NCBI RefSeq assembly: GCF_001194135.2 | Contig: NC_068985.1 | Span: 70,136,071 to 70,169,281, forward strand | Source of the DNA: Octopus bimaculoides | Lineage: Eukaryota | DNA: 33,211 nt | Direction: 5' to 3' | Shown: one piece after another, positions 21,490-33,211 of the stretch | Layout of the letters: the number at the start of each line of letters is the position of its first letter | Numbering within the stretch: the stretch's first letter is position 1 | Translations under genes and position numbers: made by a program | The notes under the pieces: generated by a model | Told to the model about the DNA's origin: nothing | Seen by the model: the letters and a program-made list of their open reading frames with translations, nothing else | The model's database searches: none

Positions 21490-24400
21490 AAAAGAAAAGA
21501 AAATTTCAAACAGTACACCGAATCGCTTGTCCAATGGTTATTCTGGAAGCGCGCCTGTCAGGAAGCTGTCAGTCTGACGGCGAAAAATTTTCAAATGGGA
21601 GGATATCTTCCCCGAATACAAACCTGGAAGGTCAATTAAACGCGATTTGTCTCAAACTAAGCCCCCAAAGTTCACCACCAAAACGACCACAAAATCAAAA
21701 ATGTAAAAGAACTAAATGGAACCGGGAAGAATATAAAGAAGTAATACACGCTTATTACTTTGCATTAAATAGGCCAACCCAAGAGAAACACACTGCAAAC
21801 TCCTACAGAAGTCGGAGGAGCCGGAATCCGGCTAGCAGACCAAACCTGGATGAAAACAGATTAGCAAATGTTAGAAGAGATATCTTCAGAAACACCAGAC
21901 TCACAGATGCAGAATTAACCTCTATTAAAACAGTGGTAGAGAATGACCTAATTATAAGTCAGGAAAGAAATAGCGAATTAGAGGAGAGGAATGTTGGACT
22001 ACAAGCTTTGACTGAAAGGTGACCATCTGCCGAAACCGCTCAAGAGCCTGAGAAAAAGGAGAATATAATGACCCTAGGAAAAACAGCCAGGAAATTGATG
22101 TCGAAACAGAATTTGAAGACCGCATATTTGCTGAAAAACACAGAAAATCGATCATTGAAATGAAGCAGGAAGTTCAAATGCACACCAACATAAAACGCAA
22201 ATAAAAATTGGCAACTGCTTTACACAAAAAATCATGCAACAACTAAAATTCATTCTTAGTAAATTAAAGGAAATAGTTTACTCTGTTGCTAAGGTAATCG
22301 AAAGACTCTGTTTAACACTCAAAAAGCCAACAATACCAAATTCGAAAAGAAAATCAAACTGGAGGAGTAGAATTGAAACTGAGTTTGAATCATTGCGAAG
22401 GGAGATATCAATATTAACTGAGCTAATCTCTGGAAATAGTGTAAGATCAAGAAAAGGCAGGAAGATCGTGAGAAAATATGGACTCTCAACAAGAGAAGAA
22501 CTAATGTCAGCGAATGAAACACTTAAGCAAAAAGTTCAAGAAAAGCTCAGAGAATACGCAGATTTGAGAAAAGAATCAGATTCTCCAGGCAAAATAAGAT
22601 GTTCAAATCCAATTCCAGATCATTTGACAGGGAAGCAGTGAAAGAAAAAATAACCACTGAAAATCCACCCCTAATGGAAGAAGTTGAAAACTTTTGGAAA
22701 GTGATCTGTAGTGATGAGAAACCATACAATGAAAATGCAGACTGGATCAAACGCGCCCAAGACGCCTACACAAATCTACAAGAACATATGGGAAGAGATC
22801 TCAATCGCTGACCTAATGAGGGCACTAACGAAGGCTCATAAGTGGAAATCCCCTGGTATTGATAGAGTACCAAATTTCTGGCTCTCATCACTCTCATCCA
22901 CACACAAAATGTTAGTAATACTACTTAATAGTATTATGAAAGACCCAGAAAAACTCCACATTGGATGGCAAATGGTATTACTTACCTCCTCTCGAAAAAA
23001 AACGAAACCAAAGACCCAATCAAACTACCGACCTATAGCATGTTTGTCTACTACCTATAACATTTTGACATCTATTCTAGTGGAGAAAACATACGTTTAT
23101 GGAAGAGGATAACCTCTTTCCCACAGAACAAAAAGGATGCAGACGGGGCTTAAACGGATGCAAAGATCAGCTCTTAATTAATCGCATGATCCTTGAGAAC
23201 TGCCATTACAAGCGCAGAAATCTCAGTTCTTCATGGATTGATTATAAAAAAGCCTTTGACAGCATGCCACATTCCTGGATTCTGAAATCGTTGGACATTT
23301 TCAAAATTTCTCCTGTGATTTCAGATTTTTTAGAGTATAATGTGTTACTATGGAACACGAAGCTGCAATTATATCATTCTGATAGAGTATTGCACTCAAG
23401 CAATATTAGCATAAACTGTGGCATTTTCCAACGTGACTCACTTTCACCGCTAATTTTCTGCATAGCACTAATACCACTCTCAAGTGAACTGAATAGAACA
23501 GGGTATGGCTACAAAATTGGCAACAGGAAAATAAGCTACCTATTTTATATGGATGATTTAAAACTATATGGCAAAGATGATGAAGAGCTTCAAGGGCTAC
23601 TACATACTGTGAAAGGATTCAGTGATGATATCGGGATGGAACTTGGCCTTGAAAAGTGTGCCAAAGCCACTTTTAAGAAAGGGAAACTGGTAAAGTCAAG
23701 TTCAATAGCATTAGATGTCGAAACAGTAATAAAGGAACTTGAGCAGGAACAAACCTATAAATACCTAGGAATAAATGAATGCTCTGGTATCCAGCATGCA
23801 GGCATAAAAGAGAAGGTTAGGAAGGAATGTTATAGAAGAGTTTGAGCAGATCTGAAGTCTGAGCTGAATGCATATAATAAGATGTTAGCCATAAATTCCT
23901 TAGCAGTCCCAGTTGTTCTTTATAGCTTCAATGTGCTTAACTGGAATACCAGTGAAATAGTGAAAATTGATAGAAAAATCCGGAAGCTACTGACTTGTAA
24001 TAAGATGCACCATCCAGAGACAGATGTGCTTCGTCTTTACCTTCCCAGAGGTCATGGAGATCGATGCTTCATCCAGCTTGAACTTACGTACAAAACCATC
24101 GGACTGGCCAAATACCTTGAAACAACCAACGATTGGATGCTGAAATTTGTTGAAAAACATGAAAGACCGAAAAAACTTCACTCTATTCTGAAAGAGAGCA
24201 AATAATTCGCTACTGATCTCTTAGATACCCACCAGCTTCATCAGGTTGAAGGAAATGCGCCAACTGCTGCTGCAAAGAAAAGAAAATTAATTGCAAAGAC
24301 AAAAGCACATGAAAAATTAGCTAGCAGATGGGAACAGAAACCTCTGCATGGCAAGTATGCGGCCCGTAGCAAACAAGCTGATCTCAACCAGAAACACACG

Positions 24401-25241
24401 CATCAATGGTTACGAAGCTCAGGGCTACAGGCAGAGAGTGAAGGTTTCATATTAGCTGCTCAAGACCAAAGCTTATTAACCCGGAACTACCAAGCCAATG
24501 TGATAAATAAATGGAGCTGACCCAAAATGTCGTTTCTGCAACGATGCGATTGAAAATATACACCACCGAATCTCAGGGTGTAGAGTCTTAGCACCTGTAG
24601 GATATAAAGCAAGACATGAGAGAGTCGGCCAGTATTTACACTGGACAATATGTCGGCATTATAAAATCAAAACCGCTGTCAAATGGTATAAACACCATCC
24701 TGAAACTCTGATTGAAGAAGAAAACGTATCGACTCTCCGGGACTTCCCTGTACATACCGACAAAACTATAAAAGCTAACAAACCTGATATTATTATAAAA
24801 GATCATACAAAGAAGTGTTTATTAATTGACATGAGTATTCCTTACGATCATAATATAGCGGTGAAAGAATTTGACAAGATCAGTAAATTATAGAAATTTA
24901 TAAAATGTGGCACCTCAAGGCGACTACCGTACCAGTGATTGTAGGATTTCTAGGAATGATAAAAAAAAGGTACTGAAACCTATTTGAAAATGATACCAGG
25001 CTTACCATCCCTACAGGAAGTGCAAAAAATTGTGTTAACTGGAACGACTCATGTACATTATCGCTGTGAAAACAACATCCATTCATGAATTTATTTATTA
25101 TCTATTTTTTTGAATATACATTTTACCTGTGAATTTGCGTGTGTAAACTTGGAATACATACAATGAGCTTCTCTGACCTAGGTGTACGGAAAAAAACACT
25201 AGGCAAGAAATGGAATAAAATTTGAAGAAAGAAAGAAAACA
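21490..25241 (+). mobile_element. Near-full-length, decayed R4/Dong-clade non-LTR retrotransposon (single ORF: N-terminal region, RT, CCHC, restriction-like endonuclease); 5' boundary approximate
   Basis: ORF pieces 21534-22022, 22234-22641, 22599-23112, 23099-23845, 23882-24205. RT motifs KSPGIDRVPNFW, NYRPIACL, EQKGCRRG, WIDYKKAFDSMPHSW, GIFQRDSLSPLIFC, LFYMDDLKLY, YKYLGI. CX2CX8HX4C at 24528-24581 (CRFCNDAIENIHHRISGC). RLE motif ANKPDIIIKDHTKKCLLIDMSIP from 24774. Coding ends ~25069; 3' UTR followed by (TAA)n. Many stops and frameshifts. Confidence 0.93.
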
Positions 25242-25264
25242 TAATAATAATAATAATAATAATG

Positions 25265-25325
<61 letters not shown>

Positions 25326-25331
25326 TAATAA
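25242..25331 (+). repeat. (TAA)n tract at the 3' end of the Dong element
   Basis: Directly visible. Confidence 0.97.
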
Positions 25332-25582
25332 CAGGAACCTGTGGAAAACCAAAGATTATATTTTTTTTAAATTGGGAGATGATATTTTACGTTTATCCGA
25401 ACCATTTGATTCTAGAGTTAGTATAAATTCTATGTAGGCTGTATTGAAGGTGCAATACCAAGATACAGTATAATCCTACATCCATCTACTTTGTGTTATG
25501 TTATTTTCCTTTTTCACTTTGCGTCAAGTAAACAATCTTAACATTGATACCAAATATTAAAGACTGTAACAAAAGGTATTTT

Positions 25583-25727
25583 ATGGCGGCGAGCTAGCAG
25601 AAACCTTAGCACGATTTACATTCTCGGGTCGATAAATTAAGTACCAGTTGCGTTCTGTCGTTGATTTAATCGACTGGCCCCTCCTCGAAAATTTCGGGCC
25701 TTGTGCTTAGAATACAAAAGAATATTA
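25583..25727 (+). mobile_element. Family-1 SINE with internal deletion of the B-box region
   Basis: ggcggcgagctagcagaaaccttagcacg joined to gggtcgataaattaagtaccagtt...aatcgactggcccctcctcgaaaatttcgggccttgtgc. Confidence 0.8.
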
Positions 25728-26557
25728 AATGTATTGTATAAAGTGCTTTGTTGGACTAGAACTCATTAGAAAAGATTAAAAAAAGGAAGAGAAAACAGCG
25801 ATATCAGTCATGTAAACAGAGAAAGCAAAGAATTCTAGAAGTACATGCATAGTATATAGAGCAAACACCCAAAATTAGAAAAATGAGCATTAAGAAAGTC
25901 AAAAAGAAGAAAATTTTGCATGGGTACGTCAGGAAATGTTGGTGTATTTCGGAAATAATAGAAGGGATGGAGAGACTTGACAGATAACAACTTAGATAAG
26001 TAGCTTATTGTACGCTTCGACAATGTTGAGTGTCAAGAATATTTCCTAAATCTATGGGCTCTGCGTTATTTTTTTTATTTTATAAGCTTGTACCTCCATG
26101 ACTGGTATACGAACTGAATTCAAATAGGTGACCGAAGTTATGAGAAAAATGATGGGTAATTTCGTGACTCTCTTTAAAGTCAGTTATCTATATTATTCAG
26201 CTACAGTATGCTGATAAAATTCCAAGCAGTCCTTATACGGTTATTTGCTAAACAAAATCTATAAAAATATTTAACATATATATTCACATACTTTCTCTTG
26301 TAGTCATAAATTGTCTTTCATTGGTAATATTTTATAGAAAAAAAATGTTTCGATTGAGCAGACGATAATTAATTGCATTGAAGCGCATGCGTTAAGTGAT
26401 GGGTGACAAAAACAGTTCAACCATTCCCACTACTTCCATTAATTAATATCCGTACTGACACTACCACTACCACTGTAGACATCAGTGACAAGGCGCGGCC
26501 CAGGATGTTTGCCAATCAAGATTCTTTTTCTCCTTTGCAATTCATCTTAGTTCTTTG

Positions 26558-26603
<46 letters not shown>

Positions 26604-26644
26604 CATCCATTTGTCTGTCTGTCTGCCTGTCTGTCCATTTGTCT

Positions 26645-26855
26645 TTTAGTTGTTTCTGTCGTAGGACCGCAGTCATGCTGGGGTAACACTTTGGAGGTTT
26701 TAGTCGAACAAATTGTCCCCTTTTCGTATTAAAATTGGTACTTATCCCATCGGGCTCATTTAACGAAAGGCTAGGTTGCAGGGACATAAACAAATCAACA
26801 TCGGTTAGCGAGTTGTGAAATAGGACAAGCACACACGCACACACACACACACACA
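26645..26855 (-). mobile_element. Family-2 SINE tail, diverged
   Basis: gttgtttctgtcgtaggaccgcagtcatgctgggg...ttttagtcgaacaaattgtcccc...ggtacttat... followed by (CA)n, same order as 14925-15130. Confidence 0.65.
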
Positions 26856-26874
26856 AACAAAGAAACAATCATAT

Positions 26875-27810
26875 TCTATAATATAAATTGGGCATGGACA
26901 ATCGTTGTATTCTTTCTTGTCTTGAGATTCACAGCCAAACGGTTGGGTGGATTCACTTGAAAAATGGCACACATGTGAAGACGTGTGTATAGATTGGAAT
27001 GCAGTTTGTATTTTTTCCTAGTCCCCATAGTTGCTGAGAAAATCGATTAAAACTTTTTTCTAATGGAATTCCCCTCTTTCTTCTGCCATTAAAACAACCA
27101 GTTGCTCACGCATCCGGCATATACCATTTCGCTAGCAACCAGGGGAGTACAGGATGACAGTCAGCCCAAACTTTCGCTATGCTGTCACTCTTCTTTCACC
27201 TCTTTGAGGGGGTTAATAATCTTAATCTTTAGTTACAGTTTCTCATTCAAACTACATAATAGGCAGGATTGTCGGATTAAGACAGTAGGGTGTTTTGGGG
27301 GAGATTTGGCTACTATGTCTACCAGGTCTAGCTACCATGTAGAGGTCAGAACTTCATTTTCATTCACATATTTGCATTTCAAAAATTTAGCATAATCTTT
27401 TCCAAAAATCAACTATCGTAAAAATACGCACACACGTCAACTTCATATATCTTTTAATTTCTGTTTTCGGCAAATGAAGTTTTTACGGATACAACTGCTT
27501 ACAAAAATAGGAATTAATGTATAATTTATTTCTATGTTCATAATTAAATCAATGTTTTAAGGATTAGACAGAGGTCCAATAGAATAGCTCTCAGAAGCAG
27601 ACTACATACAAATTAGTTCTTCACAACTCCTGAAGCTATTTTCTGACAAGGGTGGGGAGTCAGGAAATGTTCATACTGCTGGAGGCTCCAATCGAAATAG
27701 GAGACCCGAAATGATAAGGTTGAGAAACGCCGTTATAGATTATGCCTAACCGAAAACGATCACAGCCACATCATCCAAACAAACCCGGTGAAACCGGGCT
27801 TAGCTGCTAG
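26875..27810 (+). mobile_element. Candidate non-autonomous Helitron (5' TC end and 3' hairpin-CTAG end; interior may contain other insertions)
   Basis: 5' tctataatataaa at 26875, then cacagccaaacggttgggtggattcacttgaaaaatggcacacatg (resembles common non-autonomous Helitron 5' regions, from recall). 3' hairpin CCCGG-tgaaa-CCGGG 27784-27798, 8 nt, CTAG 27807-27810, then T. The base 5' of TC is T, not the canonical A, and it is not proven that the two ends belong together. Confidence 0.5.
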
Positions 27811-27819
27811 TATACATAT

Positions 27820-27908
27820 ATACGACGGGCTTCTATCAGCTTCCGTTTAGCAAATTAACTCAGAAGATTTTGTTCAACATGGAAAACACGTGGTTGAGAA
27901 GCAAACTT
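27820..27908 (-). mobile_element. Family-2 SINE head fragment, internally deleted
   Basis: tacgacgggcttctatcagcttccgtttagcaaattaactcagaag...cacgtggttgagaagcaaactt is the reverse complement of parts of 11060-11200. Confidence 0.6.
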
Positions 27909-28291
27909 ATTTCCAAACAGACATGCCTGCTCCTATCTCTCTATATATCATATCAACTTTTCTGTCGATGTATGTAACTGCCTACTCTGACATTATTGAT
28001 AACCCTTTAAAATTATATATATTTTGTTTTTAACGTAATAACGGATGCACCTCAGCCTTTCGGCTGGAAAACAAAAAGCAAAGGAATAATATCCGCAGTT
28101 ATTTGTTAACTTAGGCTATTTCCTTTTAACTAGCAATCAATATATCTTACCAGACATCTTTTAATAATCTATTTGTTGATGTATATACGTTAATAGATAG
28201 ATACATAGACAGATAGAAGATACCGGCACGTATAATATTGAAAATTGTAACAATATTTAAACTCATTTCTGTCGCAATATTCTACTACACG

Positions 28292-28980
28292 AAGGCGGCG
28301 AGCTGGCAGAAACGTTAGCACGCCGGGCGAAATACTTAGCGATATTTCGTCTTTCTTTACGTTCTGAATTCAAATTCCGCCGAGGTTGACTTTGCCTTTC
28401 ACCCTTTCGGGGTCGATAAATTATGTACCATTTACGCACTGGAGTCGATTTAATCGACTTAATCCCTTTGTCTATCCTTGTTTGTCCCCTCTATGTTTAG
28501 CCCCTTGTTGGTAATAAAGAAATAAGAAACTTTAGCACGCCGAGCGAAATGCTTAGCGGTATTTCGTCTGCCGCTACGTTCTGAGTTCAAATTCCGCCGA
28601 GGTCGACTTTGCCTTCCCATCCTTTTGGGGCCGATTAAATAAGTACCAGTTACCAACTGGTGTCGATGTAATCGACTCAATCCCTTTGTCTGTCCTTGTT
28701 TGTCGCCTTTATGTATAGCCCCTATGAGCAATAAAGAATTGAAAAATATTCTACAACACGAAGGAGGCGAGCTGGCAGAAACGATAGCGCACCGGGCGAA
28801 ATGCTTAGGGGTATCTCGTCTGCCGTTACGTTCTGAGTTTAAATTCCACCGAGGTCGACTTTGCCTTTCATCCTTTCAGGCTCGATGAATTAAGTACCAG
28901 TGAAACACTGGAGTCCATGTTATCGACTAGCTACTTTCCTCAAAAGTTTCAGGCCTTGTCCCTATAGTAGAAAGGAATAT
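28292..28980 (+). mobile_element. Three head-to-tail family-1 SINEs (28292-28525, 28526-28740, 28761-28980)
   Basis: Each has ttagc(a/g)c(g/a)ccg(g/a)gcgaaat(a/g)cttag...tacgttctga(a/g)tt(c/t)aaattcc(g/a)ccgaggt(t/c)gactttgccttt(c)atcc...ag/gtacca...gtcgat..aatcgact; units 1-2 end in tail A, unit 3 in tail B. Confidence 0.92.
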
Positions 28981-29206
28981 TCTATTACACGATGTTTAAA
29001 AATCATGCAACCGCGTTCCCCTACTAGATACTCAGTAGACACTCACACACTTTCTACCTTCCTTTTCCTCTCTCAAGATACCCCCCTGCACTAAACAAGT
29101 TTTGTTTCTCTCCCTTTCTTATTCTTCATCTCTTCCTTCAACTAAATATTTAACCCATAACATAATAGCCATCTGGTACCCTAGCTCTCAACTTTAACAC
29201 TTTCAA

Positions 29207-29360
29207 CTCTCTCTCTCTCTCTCTCTCCTTCTCTCTCTCTAGTTGTCTCTCTGTTTCTGTCTCACTCTCTCTGTCCCTCTTTCTCTCCCTCTCTCTCTCT
29301 TTCTCTCTCCCTCCCTCACTTTCTCTCTTCCCCACTCTCTCCCTTTCTTTCTTCCTATCT

Positions 29361-29391
<31 letters not shown>

Positions 29392-29395
29392 CGTC
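29207..29395. repeat. (CT)n-rich microsatellite
   Basis: Directly visible. Confidence 0.93.
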
Positions 29396-30472
29396 TCTCC
29401 AAACAACACACTACATGACATTTGCCCTTTGCATATTAATATATAGAAAATAATAATCATGATCAACATCACCATCGTCGTAATCGTCTTCGTTGTCTTT
29501 GTGGCTATGGTGACGGTCGTCATCACATTCGTTGTAGTCGTCGTTGTCAACTGATTATTTGATATAATTAATGTGCTATAATGTCAATAAGGTGTAAAAT
29601 GATGAGAACCATTTCTCCGTTTCTTGCTTTCTGGTATATGGGAAACAGTATTTTACATGTCAAGAATTCACTATTCGTAACTATATTTATATGTTTAAAA
29701 CAGAAAATAATCTGCAAAATTATATGTAATTCTCAAGTGATGAATGGTGAGCTATTACTTTTAGTTTAAATAAGCAAACTACTTGTTTAAGCTAACAGCA
29801 ATACCACACCACCACTTTAAACGATGATTATTGAGATGTTCGGCCGACTGAAATCCTACTCGTAAATTAATTTGTGTGCACAGAGACGTATACTCACAAC
29901 AAAATCTCTGTTGGATTCAACAGGATATTATGTCGCAAAGCTGGACAATTTAAATATAAGTACAATTCAGAAAAAATGTAGATTGATCGATGGATAAATA
30001 GATAGTGATGGATAAAGAGATCAATCATAGAGTATTGATAGATCATTCATCAATCTAAAAAGTAGGGCAAGTGATTTTTGAACTTGGTGTGTTTGGAACA
30101 CAGACTGCTTAAAATCAGAACCAATATAAGGAATTGTAACCCATTCTACGAAGTGTAATATCTTTTATAAAACAAATAGCTGACCACGTTCCGTCAAAAA
30201 TGACGGCTAATTGTAGTATTGTATGTATAAATAGGGTACATAATAATCATACATATAAACATTCACATACTTCCCTTGTACATGCACACAAGTACTCACA
30301 TATACTCGCTGATTTTTTTCACCCCTTACTTCATTATACGTCTATCATTCCTTCCTTTCCCTCATTGCTCTTACTTTCTCTCAGTACCTCTCAGTCAGGG
30401 ATATTACCCTCACTACTTCTCCTTCACTGAATTACTATTTTCTCTCCTCCTCCGCGTCCGGCGTGATTCTTA

Positions 30473-30477
<5 letters not shown>

Positions 30478-30505
<28 letters not shown>

Positions 30506-30912
30506 NNNNNNNNNNNNNNNNNNNNNNNNNNNNNNNNNNNNNNNNNNNNNNNNNNNNNNNNNNNNNNNNNNNNNNNNNNNNNNNNNNNNNNNNNNNNNNN
30601 NNNNNNNNNNNNNNNNNNNNNNNNNNNNNNNNNNNNNNNNNNNNNNNNNNNNNNNNNNNNNNNNNNNNNNNNNNNNNNNNNNNNNNNNNNNNNNNNNNNN
30701 NNNNNNNNNNNNNNNNNNNNNNNNNNNNNNNNNNNNNNNNNNNNNNNNNNNNNNNNNNNNNNNNNNNNNNNNNNNNNNNNNNNNNNNNNNNNNNNNNNNN
30801 NNNNNNNNNNNNNNNNNNNNNNNNNNNNNNNNNNNNNNNNNNNNNNNNNNNNNNNNNNNNNNNNNNNNNNNNNNNNNNNNNNNNNNNNNNATATATATAT
30901 ATATATATATAT
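30478..30912. other. Assembly gap (30506-30890) inside an (AT)n tract; a similar gap lies at ~32298-32684
   Basis: N-runs flanked on both sides by (AT)n. Confidence 0.95.
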
Positions 30913-31078
30913 AAACACTACACTCATTATTATATTAGGAGATAAGTTATTTGGATAGGATACAGTGGATCACTGCTGGAAAAATCATTCTTCTCTGTGA
31001 AGATTTTGGAACGTGTCACTAATTCATTGAGGCTGTAACGCTAACACGACGCTTACGTAGGAATCTGGAAATATACTC

Positions 31079-31510
31079 GCGCAGGAGTAGGTGCATTGGA
31101 AGGAACTTACTTCCTAACTACACGGTTCGTCTTTCAGTTCCTCTGCGTTGCATCTCGGGCCAGCACCTTCCATTATAGCCTCAGGCCAATCAAAGCCTTG
31201 TCAGTGAATTTGGTAGACGAAATATATACATACTTACATATATGTACATATATACATACATAAATATTTATATACATATACACATACACACACTCATATG
31301 CGCGCGCGTGTGTGTGTGTGAGTGTGTGTTTCCATCCCCCACACTGCATGGCGACCGGTGTTGTTGTGTTTACATCCTTGTAAGCTAGTGGTGCAGTGAA
31401 ACAGACCAGGCTTGAAAGATAAGTACTGGGATCGATGCATTCGACTACAATTCTTCAAGACAGTGCCCCACCATGGCCACAATGTAATGGCTAAAACAAG
31501 TAAAAGATAA
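31079..31510 (+). mobile_element. Family-2 SINE, diverged (head, AT/GT microsatellite, tail)
   Basis: gcgcaggagtaggtgcattggaaggaacttacttcc...tatagcctcaggccaatcaaagccttgtcagtgaatttggtagacgaaa; tail ataagtactgggatcgatgcattcgactac...catggccaca...ctaaaacaagtaaaagata. Confidence 0.75.
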
Positions 31511-33211
31511 GATATGAAAGGTAAACCTGTTATATTAAGTACACTGTAGAACTCGACGTGGTCGATTGGCTGCTAAACGTAGACATGTCTCTGAAATTTC
31601 TATTACTTGTTCAAAAAATTGAGCATATTTTATGCCATAGATGTTGGTCGTATTGTGTTGAATGTGACTGAAATGTCTAGTTCGTACAACCGCACAGTGT
31701 GCTTGACCTTAGCTGTAATAACTACAACATTAACATTTTAATCGTAACATCGGACATTTTTTCTTTGTTATCCATTTTGGCAAAGGAAAATTTAATACAA
31801 ACTAATTTTGGGGAAATTGTCCCGTTTGTTGCAAATACTCAAATTTTGGAGGTAAACAACTTAAATAATAAATGAAAAAAATGATGTTTATTAGTAATTC
31901 ATCTAGATAATGTTTTGTTTACTTGTTATATTACAAAGATTTTTATGTTTTCGTTTAATTTACTTTCAAAATATTCACGTAATTTATGTGATTTCTTAAA
32001 TTATTTTTACCAGATTTATTGTCTAGTTTTTATCTTATTTCGATTACTTAATCTTGTAAAAGATTGAAATGATGGAAATAAACATAGGAACATTTTTTCG
32101 AAAATCTTCTTAAGAAGAACTGAGCCTACAGTCGTTATCAAGAGGAATAACAGAATATTGGCAAAAGAAATGTAAATAAAAGTAATTATTAAAAGAAAAA
32201 TCTATGCATTTATATGTGAGCGCGCATACATACACACACACACACATAAACACACGTATATAAGTATACGTAAATATATGTATATATATATATATATNNN
32301 NNNNNNNNNNNNNNNNNNNNNNNNNNNNNNNNNNNNNNNNNNNNNNNNNNNNNNNNNNNNNNNNNNNNNNNNNNNNNNNNNNNNNNNNNNNNNNNNNNNN
32401 NNNNNNNNNNNNNNNNNNNNNNNNNNNNNNNNNNNNNNNNNNNNNNNNNNNNNNNNNNNNNNNNNNNNNNNNNNNNNNNNNNNNNNNNNNNNNNNNNNNN
32501 NNNNNNNNNNNNNNNNNNNNNNNNNNNNNNNNNNNNNNNNNNNNNNNNNNNNNNNNNNNNNNNNNNNNNNNNNNNNNNNNNNNNNNNNNNNNNNNNNNNN
32601 NNNNNNNNNNNNNNNNNNNNNNNNNNNNNNNNNNNNNNNNNNNNNNNNNNNNNNNNNNNNNNNNNNNNNNNNNNNNNNNNNNNNTATATATATATATATA
32701 TGCATATATGCATACATACATACATATATACATATGTACGTATATCATTGAATGTTTGTTGTTGTTTCCATATAAATTCCATATATATGTGAAGGTGTGT
32801 GTGTGCAAAATGTAATAATACATATATGAATGTTATTACACAATTACACACAAAAATACATAAGAAACACACTCGCTCACACACCCCAACAGAAAAATAC
32901 TTGTATTGACTTAAAATTCAATTTATTTCCATTTCTATATTTTTATTTTACATTTTCGCATTTCATATGCCTGTGTATCTATGTGCTTCTACGTCTCTGT
33001 AAGTGTCTGAATGAATTCATAATGAAATAGATATAATATATATTTACAAACACATAAACTCACGTGTATGCCTCACTAAAACATCCGCACACATGTACGT
33101 ATATGATTTTATACATATATGCACACATTATATATATATATATATATATATATGAATATGTCGCTGTCTATCTAAATAATTCTCTCAGTATACATACACA
33201 CACACACAAAT

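Noticed and set aside
26382-26530. GCGCATGCG (NRF1-like) motif and a small GC-rich patch suggesting a promoter
   Set aside because: Single short motif, no CpG island and no downstream gene evidence.
28292-28980. Regularly spaced repeats resembling a CRISPR array or tRNA cluster
   Set aside because: Units are 210-235 bp SINEs in eukaryotic DNA; no repeat-spacer structure and no complete cloverleaf.
31786-31851. AG...GT-bounded 66-nt open segment (ENLIQTNFGEIVPFVANTQILE)
   Set aside because: Weak acceptor, no recognisable homology and no partner exons; expected by chance. RNA-seq would be needed.

Overview
Eukaryotic, AT-rich, microsatellite-dense draft-assembly window with six N-gaps. The SINE families and repeat landscape look like a cephalopod (Octopus-like) genome; this is inference from recall, not a database hit. 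I found no host protein-coding exon, RNA gene or CRISPR array that I can support, and almost all ORFs in the supplied track are microsatellite or N-gap artefacts. The window is a transposon graveyard. (i) A near-full-length but decayed R4/Dong-clade non-LTR retrotransposon (RT + CCHC + restriction-like endonuclease) lies at ~21.5-25.2 kb. (ii) A head-to-tail train of five same-orientation insertions, four of them Dong-like, each separated by a (TAA)n tract, lies at 14.8-18.6 kb. (iii) A Tx1/L1-clade fragment on the minus strand has two internal deletions. (iv) A TIR- and TA-bounded Tc1/mariner relic carries a nested SINE. (v) There is a candidate non-autonomous Helitron and about 15 SINE copies of three families. 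The most unusual signal is missed by the ORF track: at ~1.75-2.88 kb on the minus strand, a decayed Ulp1/SENP-like cysteine protease domain reads through a 93-codon linker into the N-terminal domain of a Penelope-like retroelement ORF.
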